Assembly: GCA_026770705.1 (NCBI GenBank)
Contig: JANJGN010000008.1
Span: 170,748,001 to 170,812,000 of the forward strand
Length of the DNA: 64,000 bases
DNA from: Isurus oxyrinchus
Lineage: Eukaryota
Direction: 5' to 3'
The notes below the pieces were generated by a model. The model was not told the origin of the DNA. It searched no databases and worked only from the letters and a program-made list of their open reading frames with translations. Positions 52,190 to 64,000 of the stretch are shown in pieces (the stretch's first letter is position 1; every line of letters begins with the position of its first letter). The position numbers and the translations under genes are program-made.

Positions 52190-55100
52190 AGAGTGACTTA
52201 CCCTTACTTGCTCTCAGAACTTCCCCAACTGTAGCATGTTTCATCATAGTACTCAGCTCCAACAGGTCATAACTAGCGTCAAGTCTGTTCTGAGTGCATA
52301 GCCAATTAATCAGCCCAATCAAACTTCTCAATTGGTCTATTTCTTCCTTGGATACAGGATCCTCTTTTTATGAGGATCTGACCCAACTTATTGGAATAGG
52401 ATTGACATTATCGAAATAAGCTTGTTGATTCAATGTCACTCCTGGCTTGTTCTGCTTAATGTCTAAACCTATGCATTTAAATGCCCCTGAAGCCTAACAT
52501 TCAACCTTGAAATCCTTCATTATTTTCTCAATTACCCGTGGCTCAAATTCTACAGAGCTTCTCACAGTAAATCATCAATGTGCATGATAAAGATTCCTGC
52601 TAGTTTCTCCTTGTGATATCAATAGAGCATTATGAGGTCTGCCTTTAATTGAATTAAACCTGTTTTCAACAGGACAGAACTCACTGAAAAATACCATATT
52701 CTTGATGCTTCCTTCAACCCATAAACACACTTGTTCAATTTCCACAGCTTTCTGTCTATATCGCCAGCTCCTTTAGGTCATTTAAAAAAAAACCTCCCTT
52801 TGAAATTTCTCACCCTGCAAAAACGCAGTTTTTAATATCAATTGATTTGCATTCCCAGGAATTTGATAGCTAAAAAGATCTTCAATCTCACTTTCCTTGC
52901 AGTAGAGGAGTCCACCCTGAGATCTTGATCCCAAAGTCTTTCTTCAAAACCTCCGACTATTAATCTCATTTTAGTCTTGTACGTGTAGTCAGGAAATACC
53001 CTTTCTGTATGATCAGCCTGGCTGTCCCCTGTCAGGTACTTCAGTATATACCCCAAATTCTTTCCAACTCTTTGTTTGGCTTCCTTCATCAGCTTATTTT
53101 CCAAGTTATTAGCAGCTACTAAAGCCTCTCAGTCTGAAGGGCTTCTACTTCTATTGACATTCCTAGCTTGTTCTGTAGCCCTTGTTCTTGTCAAGCTACG
53201 ACCTCCACTCGCATTCCTCTCTCTTTCTGGACCACTGCTATATGATCCTTTCTGCACGCGAGCAGAATCCCGTTCGCAAGTCCGTGATCTTTTCCTGGGA
53301 TCACGACCACTTTCTGGTCCCACTGTCAGGACTCATACTGCGCTTTCTGGACTTCCACATCTTTACCACTGTTTGCCAATCCATGGATCTTATCTCCTGC
53401 CCTTTATCCTGTACATTTAGCCAATGTTTGAATTTACCAGTGGCCTTTCCTGCTCTCCCTATGATGGTGGCACCCCCCCCACACACTGCCCCCCTCTGGC
53501 ATGTATGTTACCTTTGTTCCTACTTTGGGTAGTTGACCTTTTGGATGAATGGCCTTATCCTGTACCTCAGTGTTTCTTCATTCATTGGCAGTTGACCCTC
53601 TATCTCCCATAGTCTGCTCCTCATAACTGCCCAATATATGTCAATGTGAAGTGTACGGTACCTCTTCACTTTCTATGTCCTGTTCAGAACCTGTGAAGTG
53701 CCAATTAACCTCGGAGAATGCACCCTAACAGTTTGATTCCCCCGTTGTATAATCACTACTTTTCCATCGCTCCCTGTCACTTTGCCAGGGTCTTTCCACC
53801 CTTTCTGCCCTTCCCTTTTGTAATATGCCACGTCTCCTTGTCGAAACTGTATTCCCGATGGTCTTATTCAGCGAGCCTTACGGCACCACATTTTCTATGA
53901 AACCTCAGCTTTAATGAAAGATTTTCTGCCTACATGCAAAGCGTTCAGATGAGGAGAAAAAGTGGAGCTAATGCCAGTCCCTTCTAAAGCAGGGGGAGCT
54001 TCTGATAGCACCGAAGGCTACTTTGGATTTCTTCCGTACACTAACAGGTACGGACTGTACCCCCCAACCATTTGCAAAGAGTTCTTTGCATGTACTGCCC
54101 ATGCCAGCGTTGTTTGCAATTTGCAACCTGGTGATCGGCCAATATTTTATGTAATGTCTTCTATCACTACATGGTTTCTCTTGCACAGACCATTACTGAC
54201 TGGGCTTTCAGTTGCAGTGTGGATAACTATGATGTTCAAATTCTCACACATCTCAAAATTCCTCATTCACAAACTCCCCACCATTATCTGTCAGGAATTT
54301 CGTTGGTGTTCATTATTCTGTTCCCACCCATTTCTCTATGGCCTAATCAACAATGGTCCTTTTGTCCTTACTATGTACCACAGTGGATAGGCTAAATCAG
54401 GTTGCCATATCTATAAAGTGTAGCAAAATAAAAGCCCCTATCCTTGTCCAATACTTTTAAGCCCATTGCCACTGCATCATTAAACTCCCTGGCTAGTGGC
54501 AAGCTCACAACAGGTCTTGCGATATTTAATACAAATTTCACACGGAGCAGTGATTAGCTCAATGAGGTCATCGCCTCCTTCATCAACCACTCCAGCATCT
54601 CGCAGTCGAGCTTTCAGTTTTTGTGGTGCTGGATGTGCAAACTGTCTATGCAATATGCAAATAATCTTTTTGTCCACCAAATTCTTATTCCCAAAAGTTA
54701 ACAAAATGTCATGTACTTTTTGATGAGAAATATTTGGCTTCCTCAGTGGCAGGCAGTAATGGCCAACCAAGTAAAATGTCAAAATGTAGGTCCACATTTT
54801 TCCCAAACACAACCACTCTGTCATTCTTCATGTCTAGCATCATCTGAGCCTTTTTCATCACAGATTGACTTAACAATAGAGGTATCTCACTAGAGACCAC
54901 ATCAGTACTGATGAACAGGCTGACCCCTGCTATCTTGCAAGGGAGGACTACCCTTCTGTAAGATGTTAGTGTGTTATCATCTCCAAACCTGAAGCAGGTA
55001 GAGCTTTCATACTCCTTAACCTTCTGCTGATCTGCCTCATTGAGAGACTCCAGGTAGCAGTTAAGCCAATCCATCCCACACACTGTGGAGGTGCGATCAC

Positions 55101-56120
55101 TAACCAGAACTGCATAGTTGAATGAACTGACCATCAAGATACTCTTCACTGGATTCAAACTCTCAGTGACCAAGACAATTGCATCATGCGAGTCCGCACC
55201 ATCATTTTCAGCCTCAGAAGAATTCCTCGTGTGGGCTACTTTGAAAACATGATTCTTTCACTGTGGGCAATTCATCGTGTAATGATACCGAGAATAACAC
55301 CGATCAACCTTTCCCCGTCCATTTTTCAGGTTCAAACTTCCACAGTCTCTGTCCCAGACCCGCTTTTTGTCTCGACTCTCAAATTGGCTAAAGTTACGAC
55401 CATTTTCAGACTGCCTGTAAGTAACGTCTTTGTACTGGAATCTATCTCGAATATTTGGTCGATTTCAAAATTTGGCCACCATTGAATCCCCCAGCCTTTG
55501 TTTCACAGCATAGTTGTTCATATTTGCTAAGAAAGTAGCTGGGAACAACTGTTTTCCCAGAATTTGTTTTTTTGTTTTTTTACAGCAGCAGCCATTTGGT
55601 CCAGGAGAGAGTCTTTCCCGCAGGATTGAACCCCTGTCAATGCTAAAAGTCTATCGACATGGGAGATGCTTGTACAATTGAGTAACTTAAATGCCAATAC
55701 AGACTCCGGGATTTCAAGTTCAAACTTCTTCAATCTCTTAGATCGTTTATCAAAGTCCATAATATATTCCTCCATGGACTGATCATCTGTTTTCTTAAAC
55801 CAATCAGAGGTCGACCATACTTCATATGCTTCCAATAACTCGTCCTTTTAGTAAAACTTATCCAAAAGCTGTTACAGAAGGTCCAGTCCCTCTTTGTGAT
55901 CCAAATCATCCACTTTCCACTCTGAAAATACTTTACTCCTAATCTTACGTTTTGCTGGGAATGACAAAGTCAAAGCCAAAGCCATACCTCGCTTCTTTCG
56001 GGGTAATGAAGTAATCCGGGTCCACATCTCAACTTCAGCTTTCCATTGCTGATACGGTTCTGTCTCCGAAAACATTGGTGGATAGTCGGAGCCCAAAGTT
56101 TTGCATCATCCTTCTGCCGT
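52190..56120 (-). pseudogene. Copia gag-pol remnant: gag (about 56120-55230), protease (about 55150-54790), integrase (about 54700-53700), RT (about 53100-52190); RNase H largely deleted
   Basis: YPPMFSETEPYQQWKAEVEMW (gag); AVLVSDRTSTVCG (protease site decayed) and FRFGD; LHRQFAHP...CEIC and FLTDNGGEF (integrase); RLIVGGFEE, DIKTAFLQG, WKLNKCVYGLKEASRIWY and IMHIDD (RT). Many stops and frameshifts. Confidence 0.9.
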
Positions 56121-56220
56121 TGTGTAACTTAAATTGTCAGCAGACAGATGCTTCTTTTTCCCCTCAGAGGATGAGACCAAAAAAATCTTTTACAGCAACC
56201 AATCACCAAAGCTTAATGTT

Positions 56221-56235
56221 CATCCTCTGTTACCA
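56221..56235 (-). other. Primer-binding site complementary to initiator tRNA-Met
   Basis: Plus-strand catcctctgttacca versus the tRNA-iMet 3' end CATCCTCTGCTACCA (14/15), adjacent to the LTR end. Confidence 0.88.
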
Positions 56236-56696
56236 TGTTAACGCCAATAATTGTGTATAAGGGAAGGATGAGTGTGAAGCTGGTCTTTTACCTCCAGCAG
56301 GTTTATTCTTCAGCCAGCTCAACAGAGTGACAGACTCCCAGTTCCTTTCCCCACTGGAGTGTTTCAGCTGCACCCATTTATGGTTTTATTTTCACCATTA
56401 CTGACACTAGCTATCGATTCCCGATTTTATTCATTGAATTTAAATTCCACCAGCTGCCGTGGTGGGATTTGAACCCGTGCTCCAAGAACGTTAGCATGGG
56501 CCTATTGGAGTGTTAGTTAAGTGATATTACCACTATGCCACTAACTGCACCTGTACCCATTTATGGTTGAGCCAAATGCTCAACACCTGTTTTCACAATG
56601 CAATTGTCTTAACAATGCGATTGTTATACAATGTAATTGTGAATCAACAAGATGATTGTTATTGGCCCTTAAAGTGTAATTGTTGATACACTGACA
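56236..56696 (-). repeat. 5' LTR, split by a SINE
   Basis: TG...CA termini; homologous to 48019-48695; followed by the PBS. Confidence 0.9.
56386..56554 (-). mobile_element. tRNA-derived SINE head inserted in the 5' LTR
   Basis: Minus-strand A box GTGGCATAGTGG and B box GGGTTCAAATCCC; flanked by the 14-bp direct repeat acccatttatggtt (56372-56385 and 56555-56568). Confidence 0.8.
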
Positions 56697-56769
56697 AAGT
56701 TTTAAGTACTATGTTTAGAGATTGCTGAAACAATTTATTGCACAATGACCAGAAGGAAGTAAATTCTCA

Positions 56770-57065
56770 GTTGGAATAGAATCTTAGAAACAGAAACTTA
56801 CAGCACAGAAGGAGGCCATTTGGCCCATTGTAACTGTGCTGGCCTTTTGGAGGAGCAGTTGCATTTAGTCCTATAGCCCTTTTTTTGGTAACCCTGTAAG
56901 TTCCTCATCCTTAAGTAGCTGTCCAACTCTCTTTTAAAATTATTTATTGAATCAATTTCCATCATCAGTTTCATATCATCTGCAAACTTTATAATCCTGC
57001 TCCGTACACCAAGCCTAGGTTACTTAGAAACAACCATTGTGAATACCACTCCCAGTCTGTAAATC
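56770..57065 (-). mobile_element. CR1-type LINE fragments
   Basis: acagcacagaaggaggccatttggccc (CR1 3' UTR, reverse) and tcatctgcaaactt (KFADD, reverse). Confidence 0.7.
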
Positions 57066-58014
57066 ATCCATCCACCCAGGGTCTGGGAGATAAATCCTGG
57101 GCTCTGCTGCTTCTCCTGTTTCTGGGCCCCATCCCCAATTCCAGTAAAATCTGTGTCAAATGCATTTCAAATAATAATGGAAAGAAAAACAAGGGAACTT
57201 TTTATTTCCACACAAAACTTTGAACCAACACTTTATACTCAGAGAAAACCATTACTTACCCCAACACTCAGACATTTATTGCGATCAGACAAATTCTGAA
57301 ATGCTGCCTTTCAATTTATTTTAAAGAAGAGTGGTAAATAAACCTACAAGTCACTTTTAGAGTGGAGAGCCTCTATGCATTTGTTCCAGATGCTTCCAAC
57401 ACATTAACTAATGCCAATGGATGGAACATGAACAGATCCAGCCACAGCACCCCACCTCAGCCTCCAACCTCTCTGGGTGCAGAGACTGGGAGCTGGGGGA
57501 GATTTCAGGATCAGATCAGCAGTGACTGAGTAGTTTATGAGTGATGAAGGCTAATGGTGCAGCCTGTGGGACTGCAGCAGTCTGCAGAGGGCAGGAGGTA
57601 TCTCCCCCCGCTGCCTCCTGTCACTGACTGAGCTCCCACCCAGCCCGTCAGCCATCACATCATTAGCTTTTACTTAATTTGCCAGGTTTTTTTGGCTTAC
57701 CCTCGCCAACATACTCAGAGACTCTAGCAGCTTTCCTGCAACCTTTGCCACCAACACCATCCCCTCCTTCCTCTCACCGCCTCCTCTGAATTAACAAGTA
57801 TCTCGCATCCCATCTTGGACTCGCACTGTCCAGCCAGAAATGACATTGCTTGCAACCGGGCAGAGTCAGGCAGCCATATGTTGCAATGCCATCTTGGTAT
57901 CAGGCACACGTGTGTTGCCTTCGTTGTGTCTATTTGAAGATAGTGGTCTGGGTCCCCTGAGGGCACAGGCCAGAGTGTTTTGCATCTTGTGCATCCCCCT
58001 CTCCCAGGTCTTGT

Positions 58015-58390
58015 GTCCACCATCATCGTTTGCTGCCTGTCTCTGAGCCAGTTCCATATCCTTATCAGCACTTTTCCCTTAACTCCATGGATCTTTTCTT
58101 CTTAACAAGCCTACAAGACACTTTGTCAAATGCCTTCCAAAAGGCCATATATATATATCTACTATACTACCTTGATCAATCTTCTTTGTCAACTCATCAA
58201 AAAATTCAAATCAAGTCAACAGACATGATTTTCCTTGGATAAATTTATGGAGTCTCTCTTTGATTAACCCATGCCTTTCCAAATGTAAGTTTATTTTGTC
58301 CCTGATAACGATTTCCAATACCTTCCCACCATTGATGTCAGACCTGTAGTTTCTTGGTGCCTCCCCTTTTTTGAAAAGTGTTGTAGCAAT
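58015..58390 (-). mobile_element. CR1-type LINE RT fragment
   Basis: TLFKKG..PRNYR...GKVLEIVIRDKINLHLERHGLI...GKSCL; IWNWLRDRQQ. Confidence 0.85.
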
Positions 58391-60589
58391 AGTTAATAGA
58401 GAAAACTTCATGTATTAACAGAATACAGAAGACAATATGGTATATTTAGTGTACACATGCAGCATTAGCACCTTATATTACCTGTGAGGGGTTCAAGGTT
58501 TAGAGCCAAACTTCTCCATGTAACAGGAGGTTTAAACAAGTCATTTGTTAAAATTTCATACTCCTGCAATAATATGAGAAGTCAAAAATAAGCTTGAAAC
58601 TTACTGTGAGCAATGTTATCATATAAACATTTTGGCCTACAATTTGCTCTGCTCTGCCAACGAAGCAAATGGAGTTGGGGGTGGGGATGTGGCTGGCAAA
58701 GACCAATCCCTGATAGTGGACCTTGGACCTGATTTCAACATTGAGGACACATGCCGAACGTCCCTTGGCAGCTTGCCAATGAGCGGGCATTGAATTCCAG
58801 GTTGCTGGGTCACTGGCAGCAGCCCTCAGGTAGGTCCTGGGATGTTGGAGGCAATTGAGAGGTTGCTAAGCACACACATGCTATAGTCTTTGGCACTGCA
58901 ATTGGAGTGGTATAATCCATATTCAGGTAAATAATTTCTAACAAACTCACTGTTTAGGTGGTGTCCCTTTAACAACCAATGGTTAGGCTGCATAAGGACA
59001 GCCTGGCATGGCTGCAGTTAGCGCACGCCGATTTTGCAAAGGGGCCACTTATTTGCATATGCTGGTGCAGTCTAAGCGAATGCCGCCTGGCATATTGAAT
59101 GTTTTGGTGCCCATTTTATGCCAGTAAACTGTTAACAATTTCTAAGCTTTAATATGCTCACATTAAATTCTGATCCAGTCTCTGTGTAACGGCATCATTA
59201 GCACATTTTTTGAATGTAGTTATGAGGCTACAGCACAAAGAGACCAGATAAATTGTTCTCCTAATTATCTAAAGAAACTGAGTCTCCCATCAGCTTCCAG
59301 TGTTGCACTACAGCATGGAAGACTATTCATATCATCCATGTTTTTCCCTGATATCATCTTCAATTCAGTTACGTTTTGCTATATATATGTTAATCTCTTA
59401 CAAGCAAGTACCCTGCATCCCTCAAGATATACATATTATTAAGTGCCAGTTGTGCTTCTTACATTAATAGTAGCCAGCTATTTATGTAAGGTGCACAACT
59501 GGGACATAATAATTTGGTTACATTGAGGCATGCAGCCCACGATCTATTGTATGTACCAAGGTTCCAGTTACTCCATTTTGTAGAATAGAACTGAACTATC
59601 TGTACGGTCCAAATAAGTGTTTAAATAATGAGATTGCCATTTGAGTTATAGAATAGAATGATTAGAAATAATAATGTATTTCTAGATATTGCGTTATAAA
59701 GTAACAAGGGAAGCTTATTCCCAAATGCAACATTTTTCCTTAGATTGTAAAAATGCATTTATAATGGTAAAATTTTCCAGGAGCTTTCTTGACTAAAAGT
59801 ATGGAAATTGCAGCTATCATGCTCAAGTGTTGCTATAAAAGTCACAATAAAGGTCCCTCCTGAAAAAAAATAAGAATAGAGGTGAATTTTATGGTTGCTG
59901 CACAGAAATTCAAAGCTTGTCATGTGACCTTTAAAGTGTTCGAAACATTAAAATGTATAAGATCATTTTCCTTACAGAGAAATGGGAATCTTTTTCAAAC
60001 ATTTTCCAGTAATCATTTGTTAGTCAGAATATTAGGCATTGTGTCTCTTTAAAACTAGAGACTTTACATCAGCCTTGGAAAATTGAAGTACATTGGAAAA
60101 TTATTTTGCTCTTGTGATTACTGGAATGATTATGTCTATTGTCATGCAGTCAATTAACTTTCAACTAAGAGATAAGTCACATGTAATGCTGTCAACTCAC
60201 TTATAAAAGTACTCTAGATCAATGGGATTTAAAGCTAAAGAGTTGTAGTTTTGTTGCATTCTACTCATAATTCTCATGAAACTGCAAATCAATTAAAAGA
60301 TGTAACCCATTAATGCATTGAGCAGAAACTGTCTTTCACTCATGAATGGAGACAGAAAGACCTTTATCAGCTTTGAGCAGGTTACTACATGGAACAATTC
60401 TCCAAAGGGAAGGATTTCATTACGATGAAAGGAAAATGAACTCACTCAACAAGAGTTCTTCGTATTGAGTTGCTGGGCACATAGAATTATATTCCAATGT
60501 GAATCGCTACTCAGGGCAGAAAAGACATGGAAGGAAAATTTGGAAATAGGGACGGGGCAAAGGTGCTATTTGAAGTGATACCTTTAACC

Positions 60590-63500
60590 TGGTCCATAAT
60601 AAAACAGGGGAGCCGGAGGCAATCATGTGTTGGGAGGAACCAGACATAGTAGGAATTACTATGCGTCAAAGCTACATAAAAATCAGAACTGGGAATGAAA
60701 CAATGCAGGGTGTAATATAATTAGACAAGGTAAAGTGGGGAAAAGGGGAGTTGGGGTAACATAATGTCAGTAGGAAAAAGGGACACAGCTATCAGCAAGA
60801 CAAAAATAGAATCCATAAGGATAGAGATAAAAGATAATACAGGGTCAATCACACTTAAAGGTGTAGCCTACAGACCAGCTAATTGTGGAAGAGAGATGGG
60901 AAAAGAAATATGCAGACAAATTAGAACATTGAGTAAAATTTATGGAATAATAATCATGGGGATTTCAAACTATCCCCGTATTAATTGGACAAAAGAGGTA
61001 GGTAAAGGGATAAGGAAAATGAGTTCCTACAATGTTTATAGGACTCCTTTCTAACCTAAGATGTAAAAAGTCCAAGAAGGGAATATTTGCTATTGGATCC
61101 AATAATGGGAATGAACATGAGCAGATAAAAGAAATAAAAGTAGAAGAATATCTAGGCAATAATGATCATAATACAATATGCTTAAGATAGTAATAGTGAA
61201 GGACATGAAAACCAAGTAAACATATTTTAAGTATATAGACAACAGAGGAGTGCATAACAGGAGAGAATATGAAGAGATTAGGAGAGAGATAAAAAAAAAT
61301 AGGATAGCAAAGAGAAACTATGAGAGAAAATTATCAAAGAACATAAAACAAAATTATAAAATGTTTTACAGCCACATCAATAAAAAAGGAAGGCTGTGAT
61401 GGGAACAGCAACATTGAGGGATGGGCAGAACATACCACAGTTAATGATAGAGATGGAAGAAATATTAAATAATTATTTTGCTTCCCTATTTGCCAGAAAG
61501 GTGGATCAGGTAGACATGACATTGAATGATGGGATGAATAAATAAATAAGTACATTTAAAATAAAAAGGGCTATATTGAATAAACTAATTAAATTCACAA
61601 TGAGTGGAACTCCTGGTCCAGCTGGATTGTATCCATGGGGAGGAGTTTTCCCTCAATGGGTGGGCTCGGCAGGGTTGGGCGTGGGCGGGCAGGGGTGGTC
61701 GGAAGGCTGCCCGCTGCCCGTGATCAGGGCCGGACCGCAATTTCACGTGGGGTGGGCCAATTAAGGCCCGCCCAGCGTGAAACGTGAGCAACAGCGCTCA
61801 GTGCTCAGCGCTGCCTGTGTGTTGTGGGGGGAGAGGAGGACAAGCGCAAACTTCGCCTCAGGGAGGTGAACATTTTTCAAAATAAAAAAGAAAGATTTCT
61901 GAAATGTTATAAAACATGTCCCCACTCATATGACCCATGGATGAGGTTTCCAAAAAAATGAAAAGGCCGCTTGGCCTTTTCACCTGCCCGCCAACTGTAA
62001 GGTTGCACAGGCAATGAAAAGTTTATTTCGATTACCTTTTTAATGGCCTTAATGGGTCTTTTAATTGTTGGTGGGCACGGTGCCGACTCTGGCGCGTGCC
62101 TGCCGACTGAAATGCCGCGTGAGTGCGTGATGACGTCGGGACGCTTGCCCAACGTCATTTTATGCTTGGTCGGTTTGGGCGCGCTCCCTTCCGACAAGTT
62201 AAAAATTCTCCCCCATGTATTTTTAAAGAATCTATGGAAGAGATAGCAGGGGCCTTATTACACATATTTAATAATTTGTTGAAAAAAAGTGCAATGCCAG
62301 ATGACTGGTAAGTAGCTAACGTAATTCCTACATTTAAGAAGGAAGACAGAACATGTCCCAGTAATTATTATCGGTGATAGGAAAAGTAATGGAATCCTTA
62401 TTAAAGAAGAGAATAGAAGAAATCTAGAAATGGGAAATATAATGAATAATCAGCATGGATTTCAAAAGGAAAAATCTTGCTTGACCAACCTTATTGAATT
62501 TTGTGAACAGATAACAGAGGGAGTAGACAATGGTAATGCAGTCGATGTAATTTATCTGGATTTTCAAAAGACTTTCGATAAGATGCCCCTTAATAGATCA
62601 ATGAATAAGGTCAGAGAATAGTGAGCCAGGGGACAATTGGAAGAAGGATTGCTTGCTGGTTCAAGACAGAAAGCAAAGAATGAGAGTAAAGGGTATTTTT
62701 TCAGAGTTGCAGAAGATGGGAAGCAGTGGGAAGGTGGGACCATGACTGTTAACAGTTTACATTAAAAATTTGGACTTTGGAATCAAAAATACAATTTCTA
62801 AATTTGCAGATTACATCTAATTGGGGAAGAGAGTCAATACTGAGGGGACTGTAACAAATTACAGGAGATCATTAATAAACTTGCAGAGTAGACAAATAAT
62901 TGGCAAATGAAGCTCAACACAGATAAATGTGGAGTAGCATATTTTGGTGAGAAGAATAGGAAAGCCACCTATTTCTTTCAAGGTGCCAATCTAGGTGAAG
63001 TAGAGGAACAAATGGATTTCAGAGTACAAATACACCAATCATTACATGTTACAGCAAAAAGAAAGTGAACCAAGCACTAGGCTATGTAGAGGGATAGAAT
63101 TGAAAAGTAGACAAATTATGTTAAACCTGTATTGAGCCTTGGTTAGACCACACTTAAGAGTACTGCATGCATTTCTGGTCACCATGTTATAAAAAGGGTA
63201 TAGATGCATTTGATAAGGTGCAGAGTTGATTTACAAGGATGATACCAAAATTTGTGGGTTTACATATCAGGAAAGATGAACAGCCTGGGTCCCTTTTTCT
63301 CTTGAAAAAAGAAGGCTGAGGGGTTACGTATTAGAAGCCTTTAGAACTATGAAAGGTTTTGATAGAGTGGATACAGAGAGAATGTTTCCACTTCCGGGGA
63401 AGTCCATAACTAGAGGTAATCAATATAAAAGAGTCACCAAGAAATCCGATAAGGTATTCAGAAGAAACTTTTTTACTAAAAGACTGGTGAAAATGTGGAA

Positions 63501-63700
63501 CTTGCTACAACAGAGAGTGGTTGAAGCAAATAGTAGAAATGCATCTAAAGATTGGAAGGTAGACAAGCATCTGATGGAGAATGGAAGGTAGGGTTACAAA
63601 GACAGATTTAGATGAGGCAAGATAGGAGAGGCTCGATTGGAACATAAACACCAACATGGACTGGTTAGGCTGAATGGCTTGTTTTTTTGCTGTTTATCCT
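60590..63700 (+). mobile_element. CR1-type LINE, long decayed ORF2 (APE endonuclease to RT to 3' UTR)
   Basis: GVAYRPAN, IIMG..NYP.INW (endonuclease); PGPAGLYP; NQHGFQKEKSCLTNLIEF..VDVIYLDFQKTFDK; KFAD; RRNFFTKRLVKMWNLL. Confidence 0.92.
61637..62213. mobile_element. Harbinger-type MITE inserted in the CR1
   Basis: Imperfect TIRs GGGGAGGAGTTTT / AAAATTCTCCCC; 3-bp TSD CAT (61634-61636 and 62214-62216); splits the CR1 PGPxGLxP|xxxKE motif; GC/CpG-rich. Confidence 0.85.
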
Positions 63701-64000
63701 ACTTAATTCCATGCCCTTCCTGTAAATATGGGAAGATTAACTCAGGTGAAAACTTCAGTTAACAAAAATTAAAGAATGATGAAGCATTTTGTGAGTTCCG
63801 TTACAATTTTTCAGTCCAAAACAAAAAACAATTTGTAAAGTCTGGTACTAAAAATGAATAAATACTTTGTTAAATATACAGTTTTGCTTTGTTGAATATA
63901 TTTGTTTTTAGCCAGATCATAGATCAGTCAAATTTGTACTCAGAATATAATTAACCAAATAAATTGTATACTTTTTGACCTATTTTATGTGTGATTTTGG

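Larger units (their letters stand above)
48019..56696 (-). mobile_element. Ty1/Copia LTR retrotransposon, GalEa-like, decayed, with nested insertions
   Basis: Two LTRs beginning TGTCAGTGTATC on the minus strand, tRNA-iMet PBS, PPT, and gag-PR-INT-RT domain order. Confidence 0.9.

Noticed and set aside
56386-56554. tRNA gene (also 4565-4630 and 56221-56235)
   Set aside because: A/B boxes without a cloverleaf indicate SINE heads; the 15-nt tRNA match is the retrotransposon PBS.
58640-59150. Another Harbinger-MITE-like relic
   Set aside because: GC-richer patch with a vague resemblance, but no TIR pair or TSD could be fixed.
39990-64000. First coding exon of DENND1A, the expected head-to-head neighbour
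   Set aside because: No MGSRIK-type start or DENN-like exon was found by eye; it probably lies beyond the window.

Overview
Vertebrate genomic DNA, most likely from a cartilaginous fish (inferred from the CR1/L2/Tx1/Harbinger repeat mix; not provable from the sequence). The only intact gene is a minus-strand LIM-homeobox gene, best called LHX2. Coding exons 1-4 are present (18475/18418-18302, 16702-16500, 13880-13522, 1887-1682), all with GT-AG junctions; the last exon lies beyond position 1. The gene and about 24 kb upstream sit in a CpG-retaining, transposon-poor domain (about 8.2-42.7 kb) with several enhancer-like blocks and a 25 x 21-bp minisatellite. From about 44.5 kb on, the window is a nest of decayed elements. 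The most unusual is an 8.7-kb Ty1/Copia (GalEa-like) LTR retrotransposon (48019-56696, minus). Its 3' LTR holds a complete but disabled variant histone H2B copy in the element's sense orientation, its 5' LTR is interrupted at the same spot by a SINE, and its pol end is interrupted by a PIF/Harbinger transposon. Most entries in the ORF track are noise. Identities and CpG statements are by-eye estimates.
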